From Candidatus Aenigmatarchaeota archaeon (GTDB lineage: Archaea; Aenigmatarchaeota; Aenigmatarchaeia; QMZP01; QMZT01): a DNA stretch of 58,371 bases. The notes beneath the pieces are model-generated. The model searched no databases. It was not told where the DNA came from and saw nothing but the letters and a program-made list of their open reading frames with translations. A program made the position numbers and the translations under genes. The stretch is taken from the NCBI GenBank assembly GCA_043808015.1, contig JAZDFI010000030.1, positions 1-58,371 on the forward strand, read 5' to 3'. Positions 19,826 through 29,114 of this stretch are shown in pieces; position 1 is the stretch's first letter, and every line of letters starts with the position of its first letter.

Positions 19826-20500
19826 TTATATCTTACCTCTCCTGCGGCCCGTTCTCCTCGCGCCCCATGCGCCGACCTTCTGCCCCGGCGGAGCGTGCCT
19901 GCTGACTGTCTTGGGTCTTCCGGGTCTCGTCGCGCCACCGAACGGATGGCACAGCGGAGTCATGGCGCCTCCTGACGTTCTCGGGTACTTTTTTCCGCGC
20001 GGGCGCATGGCCTTGAATCTCTTGCCTGCCTTCAGCCACGGCTTGTCTTTAAGGCCGTCTCCCGCAGGCGTTCCGATGCTGGCCCTGCAGTTGAGGTCGA
20101 ATTCTTTAGTCTTTTTCGAAGGCATCTGGACAATGCACCTGTCTTTCGCCTTCGTGAGAAGTACTGCGAACGTTCCCGGCGTGTTGCAGAGTTTCGGTCC
20201 GGAGTGCGGGAACAGTTCGAGGCCGAATATCTGGGAACCCAGCGGAATGTTGGAAAGCGTCTGGATGTAGTTGGTTGTGCTGTCGCCGACCTTTATGCCG
20301 TGGGGTGCGATAAGGTAGCTTATTTTACCGTCGGAATATTTCACCTTGGCGACGGGCGCGTTCCTCCCGGGGTCGTCGACAATATCGACGACGGTGCCGC
20401 CGAAGTTCCTGTATTCAACGTTTATCCACTCGCCTCTTCTGGGGACTCTGTAAGTCGACGTGCCTCGCCCCTTCCTTTGCGACCTTATCCTTTTTCCCAT
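19826..20500 (-). CDS. rpl2: 50S ribosomal protein L2 (uL2)
   Basis: MGKRIRSQRKGRG, DPGRNAP, HPFGG, PPGQKVG. Confidence 0.96.
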   Translation of the reverse strand: MGKRIRSQRKGRGTSTYRVPRRGEWINVEYRNFGGTVVDIVDDPGRNAPVAKVKYSDGKISYLIAPHGIKVGDSTTNYIQTLSNIPLGSQIFGLELFPHSGPKLCNTPGTFAVLLTKAKDRCIVQMPSKKTKEFDLNCRASIGTPAGDGLKDKPWLKAGKRFKAMRPRGKKYPRTSGGAMTPLCHPFGGATRPGRPKTVSRHAPPGQKVGAWGARRTGRRRGKI

Positions 20501-20516
20501 GTTAAACCAACATAAT

Positions 20517-20864
20517 TTATATCATGCCAAGCTTTGAGGCGATGTCCGCCGCCGAGAACTCGGGGCTTATCTTGATATACGCCTTCTTCTGGCCGCGGGT
20601 CGTTATCTCCGTCTTGACCCATTTGACCTTGACGCCGAACTCGCTTTCAATCGCTTCCTTTATCTCCTTCTTGTCGGCGTCTTTGCTGACTATGAAAACA
20701 AGCTTGTTCTCAAGCTCGACCATGTTCATCGACTTTTCAGTGAGATGCGGGTAGCTTATGATTGACCATGCATCTTTCGTCTTAGTAACTGGCTTCGCTG
20801 TCTCTGCCTTAATCTTCGCTTCCGCTTTCGGCTTAGCGGCTTTACTTTGACTTTGCTTTGCCAT
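20517..20864 (-). CDS. rpl23: 50S ribosomal protein L23 (uL23)
   Basis: TEKSM..VE.ENKLVFIV, KKAYIK, A.DIASKLG. Confidence 0.95.
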   Translation of the reverse strand: MAKQSQSKAAKPKAEAKIKAETAKPVTKTKDAWSIISYPHLTEKSMNMVELENKLVFIVSKDADKKEIKEAIESEFGVKVKWVKTEITTRGQKKAYIKISPEFSAADIASKLGMI

Positions 20865-21663
20865 AAGTACCAAGTTCCTTCATGTCGTTTATAGCTGATT
20901 TCGTGTAAATCGCAAGCCTTCCGGGCTGCGTTCCTGGCGCGAGCATGCTGACTTTAAGCTCCTTCGCCAGCGAGACATCCACGCCTCGTATGTTGCTTAT
21001 CGCCTTCATCACGCCTTCGTCCTTTCCTATGATTATGACCGGGCCTTTCTTGCCCCTGTAGCGTCGGCCGCGCATCTTGCCCCTGCCGGCGCGCACTTTC
21101 TTCTGCGAGCATCGCGTCAGTTCCTGCGCAAGCCCGAGCTTCATGAGGAGCGCGATGACTTCGGAAGTCTTGTTTATCTTCTGGAAGTCGTCCTCGAGAA
21201 CGATGGGAACATGCTTCGCTTCGGTTATTATGTGGCCCCTCTGCGTGACCAGCTCCTTCACGAGCGTCGCGGAGAGCGCGGACATGAGCGCCTTCATGTG
21301 CTCCTTCTGGTTCATCTTCATCGCCCAGACCCTCTCGATTTTCGGCGGGTGCGCCCTTCGTCCCTTTCGGGTGCGCGGGTTGAACCTTGCCGTCATGTTA
21401 AGATTGCCCTGGCTGTGGATTCTTTTCTGCCTGGCCATTTCCCTGTTCATCTGTGAGTAGCGCGAATGCCTCATTCCATGGTAATGCGCAGAAGTGCGAT
21501 GGCCTGCAAGCGGGTCGCTCGCATACGGCTGACGAGTTTTGCTCGCCTCGACGACGACTGCTTTCTGGATAAGGTCCTTGCGCACCTTCTCGTCGAAAGC
21601 CTTGGGTAAGGAAATCTTCTCCTTCTCCTTCCCTGCCATGTCGAATACGGGCAACGAGTGCAT
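20842..21663 (-). CDS. rpl4: 50S ribosomal protein L4 (uL4)
   Basis: AGHRTSA, GRRAHPPK, RAGRGKMRGRRY, LAPGTQPGRL. Confidence 0.96.
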   Translation of the reverse strand: MHSLPVFDMAGKEKEKISLPKAFDEKVRKDLIQKAVVVEASKTRQPYASDPLAGHRTSAHYHGMRHSRYSQMNREMARQKRIHSQGNLNMTARFNPRTRKGRRAHPPKIERVWAMKMNQKEHMKALMSALSATLVKELVTQRGHIITEAKHVPIVLEDDFQKINKTSEVIALLMKLGLAQELTRCSQKKVRAGRGKMRGRRYRGKKGPVIIIGKDEGVMKAISNIRGVDVSLAKELKVSMLAPGTQPGRLAIYTKSAINDMKELGTYGKAKSK

Positions 21664-21749
21664 AAAGCGTCTCTTATTTTATTATTATCCTATATATACG
21701 GTCAATGTAATGACACTTATTTATGTTAAACTAATTTAAATATATATAG

Positions 21750-21785
21750 TAAGCTCTTTTCAGGAAAGAGCTTAAGCAGAAAGGA
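21750..21785. repeat. palindromic intergenic repeat (REP-like), copy A
   Basis: TAAGCTCTTT-TCAGG-AAAGAGCTTA 10-bp stem followed by AGCAGAAA; similar hairpins at 52863-52995 and inside tRNA introns. Confidence 0.55.
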
Positions 21786-21883
21786 GCATCGCTCCACTGC
21801 GTTTCGCTCGCTTCCTGTTGTCCAAAATCCGTCTTAAAGGCGGTGTTGGCAAAATGGTTTAAGGAAGCCGATATATAAACCTT

Positions 21884-22120
21884 GTGGTCACCTTGGCATT
21901 CAAGAAAGACGAGATTCATGTGAAGGAGCTGAGCAGGAAGACCAAGGTCATAGTCGCGCTTCTCTGCTTTGCCGCAATCCTGTTGCTTGTTTACCTGACC
22001 GTATATGCGTATAACAACGTGAGCCCGTTCATTGCCATATTGCTGATGATTGTCCTGCTTATCGTCGCAGCCGTCGCGATTTTCGCGCTGGATATCGCGC
22101 TTTACAGGGAAATCAGCTAA
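21884..22120 (+). CDS. small two-TM membrane protein, hypothetical
   Basis: Two hydrophobic stretches; fills the gap before the convergent dph5; start uncertain. Confidence 0.6.
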   Translation: MVTLAFKKDEIHVKELSRKTKVIVALLCFAAILLLVYLTVYAYNNVSPFIAILLMIVLLIVAAVAIFALDIALYREIS

Positions 22121-22128
22121 AATTAAAA

Positions 22129-22863
22129 TTACACGGGCTTGTCTAGCGTGTCTAGGAACTCCTTTTCAAGAAAGTGCAGCTTGCCAGGGATTATTATGAC
22201 TGCCGGTGCAGGAAGCTCTATATCGAGAAGGTCGCTGGTCCTGCCGTAAATGACGCGCTCGTTCTCCGAGCCTAGCGCGGAGCATATGACAGCTTCTTTC
22301 AGTGCGCTGGCTTTTTTCTTTTTTTCGATGGCGAGCAGGATATCGAAAGCCTGTTTCGTCCCCATGTTAACGTCCAGCAGCAGCAATGTGTGCAGCCCAT
22401 GTTTATGATTCTCGGCAAGCGCGTCGTAAAAACTCTCGCTCTCGTATCCCTTAGCCGGGGTTATGACAGTCGCCGTCCGTCCAAACTTGTACAGCTGTAG
22501 TCCGCTCTTCGCGATGGCAGTGTATATCGATGACGCATGCACGACTTCGTAATCAATCCCTTTTTGTCTGCATTCCATCACCAGATGGACGTGCGTCGTC
22601 GCCGTCAGCGGGTCCCCAGGCGCTAGTAACGCGATGCGTTTCGTCTTCGCCTCTTCAACAAGCTTGTCTGAATCGTCCTCTACGTCGGAGCGCTCGACGA
22701 CCTGTATTTTCTTGCCCACCAGCTTCTCCAGCTTCGCGATGTCTCCGCCCCACGCGGCCGTGTAGAGCTCACAGTAGAGCTTGTCCGCGCGCTTGCACGC
22801 GTCGACGCCGCGCAGCGATAAGTCACGCTCGTCCCATATGCCCAGTCCTATCAGCGAAAGCAT
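22129..22863 (-). CDS. dph5: diphthine synthase
   Basis: LIGLG, ELYT, GDPLTATTH, SGLQLYKFG.T, GLHTLLLLD, IIIPGKLHF.EKE. Confidence 0.96.
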   Translation of the reverse strand: MLSLIGLGIWDERDLSLRGVDACKRADKLYCELYTAAWGGDIAKLEKLVGKKIQVVERSDVEDDSDKLVEEAKTKRIALLAPGDPLTATTHVHLVMECRQKGIDYEVVHASSIYTAIAKSGLQLYKFGRTATVITPAKGYESESFYDALAENHKHGLHTLLLLDVNMGTKQAFDILLAIEKKKKASALKEAVICSALGSENERVIYGRTSDLLDIELPAPAVIIIPGKLHFLEKEFLDTLDKPV

Positions 22864-22919
22864 GAATAGAATTTCATTCGCGATTTTAATAGTTTTAAAC
22901 CTTCGGGCGAAATCTGAAT

Positions 22920-24203
22920 ATGGTGCGCAACGACCTCTTCATGGCGACGCTCGACAACGACGCGGGCTTCGACTTGGGCGACTTCGCCAGGAAGAGCGGC
23001 AAGAAAGCTTATTTTACGTGGCACATGGAAGAGGGCGGAGGCAGCATAAACTCTTCACCCGTGATAAAGGATGAACATATATACATAGCCGCGCTCGACG
23101 GATATCTTTACAAAATCAAGAAATCCAGCGCAGAACTTGCATGGAAGTTCAAGGCGGGCGGCATGTTCAGCGACGCTTACCCTGTCATAAAGGACGGCAT
23201 AATCTATCTCGGCTGCTACAACCACAACGTGTATGCCATCGACGAAATGACGGGCAAAGAACTCTGGCGCTTCAGGACCGGCGGCAGGATAGAAGGCTCT
23301 GCAGTCCTCCCGCTCGATGACATGGTTATTTTCACATCCGGTGATTATTATGTTTACGCCATCCACCAGAAAACAGGAAAAATGTGCTGGGCTTTCAGGA
23401 CAGGCGGCTGGTCGTATTGCTGCCCCACTGAACACGAAGGGAAAATAATAGTCAGCTCTTCCGACGGAAACCTTTATCTTCTCGGCAAGGATGGCAGGGA
23501 GATATGGAGGTTCAAGACCGGTGGCAACATATTCACACAGAACAGGTTCTGCATACATGATGGGGTTGTATATTTCGGCTCGGACGATTTCAACGTGTAC
23601 GGCGTGCGGCTTTCTGATGGCATGGAAGTCTGGAGATACAGAACCGGCAGTTACGTGAATGTAGTGCCTACGATACACGAAGGCATGATTTACATATCAT
23701 CCGACGACGAGAATCTTTACGCAGTCGACCTGGCCACAACAAGAACAATCTGGAAATTCAGGATGGGCGAGCGCGCGGCCGGCAGCATGCCGGTTATACT
23801 TGGAAATAACGTGATATTCGGCTCCGCCGACCACAACGTGTATTGTCTTGACGCAAAGACCGGCAAAGAAGTCTGGCGCTTCAAAACTTACGGCCACATT
23901 TTCGGCGAGACGCTCATCGACGGCAACAGGATATACGTGCCTTCATACGACTGCCATCTTTACTGCATAACTACCGATGGCGAGCTGGTGTGGAAGTTCC
24001 GCACTTCCACCAGCAGGCAGAGCACATACAAATACGAAGAGGAGACCGTCATCGAATTCAACGCGCCCAAATTCGATGAAACGAAAGGCGAAAAAGACGA
24101 CAGGTATGCGGTCAGCGCTGAAAACGTCGTAAGCCACGACTACGCCTTCAAGAGCGAGTACAGTTTCAAAAGTGAATACCAGTCGAAAAGCGAGTATCGA
24201 TAA
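22920..24203 (+). CDS. PQQ-binding-like beta-propeller repeat protein (BamB-like), no signal peptide
   Basis: About eight repeats of ...S.D..LYA.D..TGKE.W.F.TG; C-terminal KSEY repeats. Confidence 0.85.
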   Translation: MVRNDLFMATLDNDAGFDLGDFARKSGKKAYFTWHMEEGGGSINSSPVIKDEHIYIAALDGYLYKIKKSSAELAWKFKAGGMFSDAYPVIKDGIIYLGCYNHNVYAIDEMTGKELWRFRTGGRIEGSAVLPLDDMVIFTSGDYYVYAIHQKTGKMCWAFRTGGWSYCCPTEHEGKIIVSSSDGNLYLLGKDGREIWRFKTGGNIFTQNRFCIHDGVVYFGSDDFNVYGVRLSDGMEVWRYRTGSYVNVVPTIHEGMIYISSDDENLYAVDLATTRTIWKFRMGERAAGSMPVILGNNVIFGSADHNVYCLDAKTGKEVWRFKTYGHIFGETLIDGNRIYVPSYDCHLYCITTDGELVWKFRTSTSRQSTYKYEEETVIEFNAPKFDETKGEKDDRYAVSAENVVSHDYAFKSEYSFKSEYQSKSEYR

Positions 24204-24206
24204 CGT

Positions 24207-25412
24207 CTATTTGCTGAAAAGAATTTCTATCACGTCGCCGTCATTCACTGCGTGTTCCGCGCCGAGCTTGCGTTTCGTCGCGAAGTCGATGCCTCCGATG
24301 AACTTGTCCGCCATTTCGCTATGGACTTTCGCTGCAAAATCCCTGAGTTTCGTCCCTTTTGGCACGAGCAGCGCGTCGGGAAGGACGGTCCCCTTTTTAT
24401 CCGTCATTTTATTAACATTCGCTACCGGATAGACGACGATGTGGTCGAGCAGCTCGAATACCGCTTTGTCCACGCATTCCTGCACGCCGGTCGAGCCGAA
24501 CTTTTCCAGTATGTTGTGCTTCACGAATTCCAGCGCTTTCTTCTGCCTGTCACTGAGTTTGTCCGGCTCGAGAATTTCAAAGCTATTGCAGCCCGGAAGG
24601 TATTTTATCAGGCTGTGCTTATCGGCTTCGCGTAAGGCGAGCTCGCTTTCAGCAGAACAAGGTATTATGGTATAATCAGGGAATTCGCTTTTCAGGCGCT
24701 CTATGTTTTTGTCCGCGCCGGGCATATCGATTTTGTTGGCCGCGATTATCATGCGCTTCGAAAGGCGCCTCAGCTCGAAGGCGAATTTGCGGAGGTCTTC
24801 GTCGCTCCATCTGGTAGGAGAAGTTTCATATAGAGTGAATTTTTCAAGCACCTTCAGTATCTGGTCCTCGGTTATCTTCAGGCCGGAAAACTGCTGGAAA
24901 AGCGATTCGAGTATGTTCTTCTTGTTCATCTCCACGTCTTTCGAGAATTTAGACCAGTTCTTTTTCAGCATGCCGTAAAACCAGTAGCCAATTTCCTCCT
25001 CGAGAAAACGCACGTCATTCGCCGGGTCATAGCTGCCGCAGGCGACGGATTCGCCGTTCTCGTTTGTCGAGCCTGACGCATCTATAACATGAATGAATGC
25101 GTCCGCCTGTCTCAGGTCATCGAGAAATTTCAGGCCAAGGCCTTTGCCGGTGTGCGCGCCCGGGACGAGGCCCGCGACGTCGAGCAGCTCGACAGGCACG
25201 AAGCGCATGTTCTGTTTGCAGTAGCCGACCTTCGGTTTGCACGGCGTCCCGACCTTGACGGCCGGGCATTTGACCTTGACGTAGCCCATGGCGTGATTTG
25301 GTTCGATCGTCGTGAAAACGCGGTTCGATATTTCCACGTCCACGAGCGTGAGCGCTTTGAGCATGCAACTTTTTCCTACATTCGTTTTTCCTACCAAAGC
25401 AATTAGGACCAT
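24207..25412 (-). CDS. ychF: YchF/Obg-family P-loop NTPase
   Basis: GKTNVGKS, FTTIEPN, DVAGLVPGAH.G.GLG, AANKID, C-terminal TGS-like domain. Confidence 0.93.
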   Translation of the reverse strand: MVLIALVGKTNVGKSCMLKALTLVDVEISNRVFTTIEPNHAMGYVKVKCPAVKVGTPCKPKVGYCKQNMRFVPVELLDVAGLVPGAHTGKGLGLKFLDDLRQADAFIHVIDASGSTNENGESVACGSYDPANDVRFLEEEIGYWFYGMLKKNWSKFSKDVEMNKKNILESLFQQFSGLKITEDQILKVLEKFTLYETSPTRWSDEDLRKFAFELRRLSKRMIIAANKIDMPGADKNIERLKSEFPDYTIIPCSAESELALREADKHSLIKYLPGCNSFEILEPDKLSDRQKKALEFVKHNILEKFGSTGVQECVDKAVFELLDHIVVYPVANVNKMTDKKGTVLPDALLVPKGTKLRDFAAKVHSEMADKFIGGIDFATKRKLGAEHAVNDGDVIEILFSK

Positions 25413-25464
25413 TCGGAAAATACTCCTTGTAAAGTATTTATTTATCTCAATTCATATATTTATT

Positions 25465-26868
25465 ATGGAAGAGATTCACGTAAATGATTTGAAAGGAGTA
25501 AATATAAACATTCTATTAAGAGAAAAATTTGAAATTGAATTTTTTAGAAAAATAAAAGAAAGCAAAATCAAATCACCAAAACTCTACAGAGAAATCAGAT
25601 CGGAAATGCCATTTTCTACATTCAAAGCAATATTGAAACCATCTTATAAAAATTTCAGACCGTTATGGCTTATTCTCGACGTGTGCGAAAGAATAAAAAT
25701 AAATACAAATGAACTTGAAAAAAACATAATTTCCTATAGGACAAAAAAGAGCAGAAATATAGTCATTAAACCAAAATTTCCTATAACAATAACGCCTGCG
25801 TTCGATATGATAGTGGCGCATATTATGGGTGATGGTCACTGTTTTAACATAGAAGGAAGAGATCCGTATTTTGGTTACAAACAGAACAACATCGATTTGT
25901 TGATGAATTTTTTAGAAAAGACGGAAAGTGTTTTTGGAAAAATTCAATATGAAAATGAATATTTCACTAGATCAAAAACTATACATCTACCTTCGGCAAT
26001 CAGCTGCATTATGATGAAACACTACAAACTTAATCCTGAAAATTTTCTCGAAGAAAATTCCAGGTTGACAACAAAAATGCTAAATAGTAATAAAGAGAAT
26101 TTACTTGGAATTTTGATAGCCTTTATAATAGATGAGGGACATGTTGATTCTTCCAACATTGTGATAGGAATGTATAACAGTGGCCTGCTTGAGGATTTGC
26201 AGAAAATTTGCAGAAATCTTAATTATGAAAACAAAATAACAAGCGACGGTAAAAGAAGTTTTCTTTACATTTTGTCTGATGGTGTCAAAAAATTATGGCA
26301 TGACTATCTCATACTGAAGAAAAAGTATCCAGAAATAAAAATGGGATATAAAGAGGATTTGATACATGATTTCATACTTAGAAAAGAGAAACTGTGGCGA
26401 ACAAAAGGACACGGCGAGAGCAAGAATTCAATAGTTGAACTTTTGAATGAAAAACCAAGAACAGTCATTGAAATATCGAAGATATTGAGAATATCACGGC
26501 AGGGCGTGAAATATCATTTATCATTTCTTAGAAAAAAAGGAATAGTCGATATTGCAGGAGTTGGATATGCCGGCGGTCACATATACAAATTAAAAAAATA
26601 TATTAAATTTGCCGTAATAAAGAAAGGCATTAGTAGACAAAACGGTGCGACCCAGAATTTTATAATAGAAATGCTGAAAAACAAAAATATGACAACTACA
26701 GAAATTGCCAAAAAAACTGAGATAACACGAGCTACGGTTCTGCACTTTCTATATAATTTGGAAAAAATAGGTATTATTGAGAGAAAAGGCAAAGAAATTC
26801 ATAGGACACATCCTTCTATAGTCTGGTCTTTGTTTAATGAAAAAGTGATTAATCGGATTCGGGTTTAA
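25465..26868 (+). CDS. LAGLIDADG-like domain fused to two C-terminal winged-helix domains
   Basis: IVAHIMGDGH and ILIAFIIDEGHV motifs; RTVIEISKILRISRQGVKYHL and MTTTEIAKKTEITRATVLHFL HTH motifs; AT-rich; ATG at 25465 preferred over 25312. Confidence 0.65.
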   Translation: MEEIHVNDLKGVNINILLREKFEIEFFRKIKESKIKSPKLYREIRSEMPFSTFKAILKPSYKNFRPLWLILDVCERIKINTNELEKNIISYRTKKSRNIVIKPKFPITITPAFDMIVAHIMGDGHCFNIEGRDPYFGYKQNNIDLLMNFLEKTESVFGKIQYENEYFTRSKTIHLPSAISCIMMKHYKLNPENFLEENSRLTTKMLNSNKENLLGILIAFIIDEGHVDSSNIVIGMYNSGLLEDLQKICRNLNYENKITSDGKRSFLYILSDGVKKLWHDYLILKKKYPEIKMGYKEDLIHDFILRKEKLWRTKGHGESKNSIVELLNEKPRTVIEISKILRISRQGVKYHLSFLRKKGIVDIAGVGYAGGHIYKLKKYIKFAVIKKGISRQNGATQNFIIEMLKNKNMTTTEIAKKTEITRATVLHFLYNLEKIGIIERKGKEIHRTHPSIVWSLFNEKVINRIRV

Positions 26869-26901
26869 AATGGTTTTCAGATGCCGGTCATAAGCGCTTG
26901 T

Positions 26902-27861
26902 CTAGTCCGGCACTATGGTAAGCTTCGGGAAAACGAAGAAGCTGAAATACTCGTATGAATTTATAACACCTTTGAAAGCGATTATCATGTCGTTCATCAT
27001 TTTAAGCAGTTCGTCCATGTCTTTGACGATAACTTCCAGTTCCAGGTCAGCGCCTCCGATGGAATCGTTTATCTGGTATATGTTGTAAAGGTTCTTGCAA
27101 TAATCAAACAGTTCTTCCCTCCGCTCGTTGGAATTGAGATAAAGGTCCAGTCTGTATCCCTGATAGCCCATCCTGCTCTGGTCCATGTCCACTTTGCAGC
27201 CGACTATTATTTTTTTCTTCCTGAGAATCTTTATGCGGTTCGCCACCGTGTTTGGAGTCGTTTTCAGTTTTTTGGCTACGTCTTTAAGCGACTGCCGGAC
27301 ATCGGCGCCCCATATGTTTATTATCGCCAGATCGAGCTCGTCCGCTTTCTCCTCGATGCTGACGCCAGTCGTCCTTTCGGTGATTTTCGCTCCCTTTTGC
27401 ATGAAAAACCTTTTGTTGAAGTTGTGAATCGGCGAATAAAGGGCTATCTTGCTTTCCTTTATATTTTTCTTGAAATTTAGAAGGAAGCCTTTCCATATCT
27501 TGTGAAATTCCGGTATTTTTTTGACGCCGACGAAAAATGCGTAATCCCATTTGCCATGCAACTTTGCTACCGTCCAGACCCTATCCTCTTTTTTCAGATA
27601 TTCCACCATTTCCATTATTTTTGCATCGTCGGTGTCCTGGAACCTGAGATATACCCTGAAAGTGAAGAAGCCCAACCTCGACATGTCCACTATCGCCGTA
27701 TAGCCGTTTATGACTTTCCCTTCCTCGAGCTTTTTTATCCTGTAGGCGACAAACTCTTTCGAACGCCTTATAGTTCTGGAAAGATTGCTGAGACTTATGC
27801 TCGCGTCCTTGTCAAGCTCGTAAAGTATTTTCCTGTCCCAGTCGTCCAGTTTCACTTCCAT
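26902..27861 (-). CDS. tandem (double) Lrp/AsnC-family transcriptional regulator
   Basis: Two HTH+RAM units: LDDWDRKILYELDKDAS...VAYRIKKLEE and DELDLAII...DVRQSLKDVAKKL...VANRIK. Confidence 0.88.
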   Translation of the reverse strand: MEVKLDDWDRKILYELDKDASISLSNLSRTIRRSKEFVAYRIKKLEEGKVINGYTAIVDMSRLGFFTFRVYLRFQDTDDAKIMEMVEYLKKEDRVWTVAKLHGKWDYAFFVGVKKIPEFHKIWKGFLLNFKKNIKESKIALYSPIHNFNKRFFMQKGAKITERTTGVSIEEKADELDLAIINIWGADVRQSLKDVAKKLKTTPNTVANRIKILRKKKIIVGCKVDMDQSRMGYQGYRLDLYLNSNERREELFDYCKNLYNIYQINDSIGGADLELEVIVKDMDELLKMMNDMIIAFKGVINSYEYFSFFVFPKLTIVPD

Positions 27862-27971
27862 TTTTAATATTTTGTAATTATGTATATAAATATTTCTATT
27901 TGTCAAAAATAATAAGAATTATTTTTATATATATTAAATACCACTCATTAGTAGCGATAACAGGTATTATT

Positions 27972-29114
27972 ATGATTGATAAAACAAACATCAGGGATAT
28001 ACCGGAGATTTACTCAGGGAATTTCCCACAGGATTACGTCAATGGTATCGATGGCTGGAATTTCAGCAGAGAGGAGCTGGAAAAAAACAAGGGCAAGCTT
28101 CTGACCATGGACATTGACTTCGGCAACGACTGCAATTTCATTTCATGCCCCCATTGTTTCAGGCGGGGAGGCAAGCTCGAAAAAGAGTCTGGTCCACCGC
28201 TCACATACAAAGAAACAACCAGTTTAATAGAGCAGGCAAAAGTTTTGGGCCTGCGCTCTGTAAAGTTTCTAGGCGCAGGTGAACCTTTCGAAGAGCGCAA
28301 TCTGCTTGAGTTCCTAGAATTCCTTAAAAACAATGAAGTCAAGCCGCTGATATTCACGAAGGGTCATATAATAGGAGACAATCTTTTTGCCCATGGCTTT
28401 CACAGATATCACGGAGGGAATGACAGCCAAAAACTGGCAGAGAGGCTTTACGAGTTGGACGCGAAAATCCTTCTTGGCTTTAGGTCATTCAATCATGCGA
28501 AAGAAGATAGAAACGTCGGTATGCAAGGTTATTCTGAGAAAAGAGACAGGGCCCTCAGAGTTCTTGTTGAAACCGGGTTCAACAAAACAAACCCGACGAG
28601 CATGGGTCTGATGCCACTGCCTATAACAAAAGAAAATTATGATGAGGCCTTTGAAATATACGAATTCGGCAAAAGAAGGAATATGGGCATCATAGTCACT
28701 CCTACGATGGTCAGCGGAAGATGTGCCAAAAAAAGTTATAGAAAAGTCATAGACATAACAGACGAGCAGAAAATCGAGCTTTACAGGAAAATATACGCGT
28801 GGAACATAAAAAACGGCATTCAAACACCGGATGATTTGAAGAGAGATGGGTTATCTGCATACGCTGGAGAATTTCCTTGCCAGCAAGTCGGCTGCGGATT
28901 GTATGTGACTCTCGACGGGACCGTTTTAAGATGTCCGGGAGATGATGTCACTGTTTTCGGGAACGTGAGGGAAAAACCGCTGAAGGATATATGGGAAGGC
29001 AGCGAGAACTATGCAAGAGCAGGCACGTATAATTGCAGATGCCCGCCAAAAGACGGCGTGACCATTCCCAATAATCTTTACACAGAAGTTATCAGAAGAT
29101 TGGAAATCTCTTAA
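27972..29114 (+). CDS. radical SAM protein with C-terminal SPASM/twitch domain
   Basis: CNFISCPHC cluster motif, GAGEPF, C-terminal CQQ..CGLYV..DG.V.RCPG...GNV.E.PL..IW...CRC. Confidence 0.85.
   Translation: MIDKTNIRDIPEIYSGNFPQDYVNGIDGWNFSREELEKNKGKLLTMDIDFGNDCNFISCPHCFRRGGKLEKESGPPLTYKETTSLIEQAKVLGLRSVKFLGAGEPFEERNLLEFLEFLKNNEVKPLIFTKGHIIGDNLFAHGFHRYHGGNDSQKLAERLYELDAKILLGFRSFNHAKEDRNVGMQGYSEKRDRALRVLVETGFNKTNPTSMGLMPLPITKENYDEAFEIYEFGKRRNMGIIVTPTMVSGRCAKKSYRKVIDITDEQKIELYRKIYAWNIKNGIQTPDDLKRDGLSAYAGEFPCQQVGCGLYVTLDGTVLRCPGDDVTVFGNVREKPLKDIWEGSENYARAGTYNCRCPPKDGVTIPNNLYTEVIRRLEIS

Noticed and set aside
22920-24203. PQQ-dependent dehydrogenase or diversity-generating retroelement target
   Set aside because: No recognisable catalytic features or signal peptide; no reverse transcriptase or template/variable repeat pair seen in the window
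25312-25464. N-terminal extension of the LAGLIDADG-HTH ORF as given in the ORF track
   Set aside because: It overlaps the ychF start on the opposite strand; ATG 25465 after an AT-rich promoter region is more plausible
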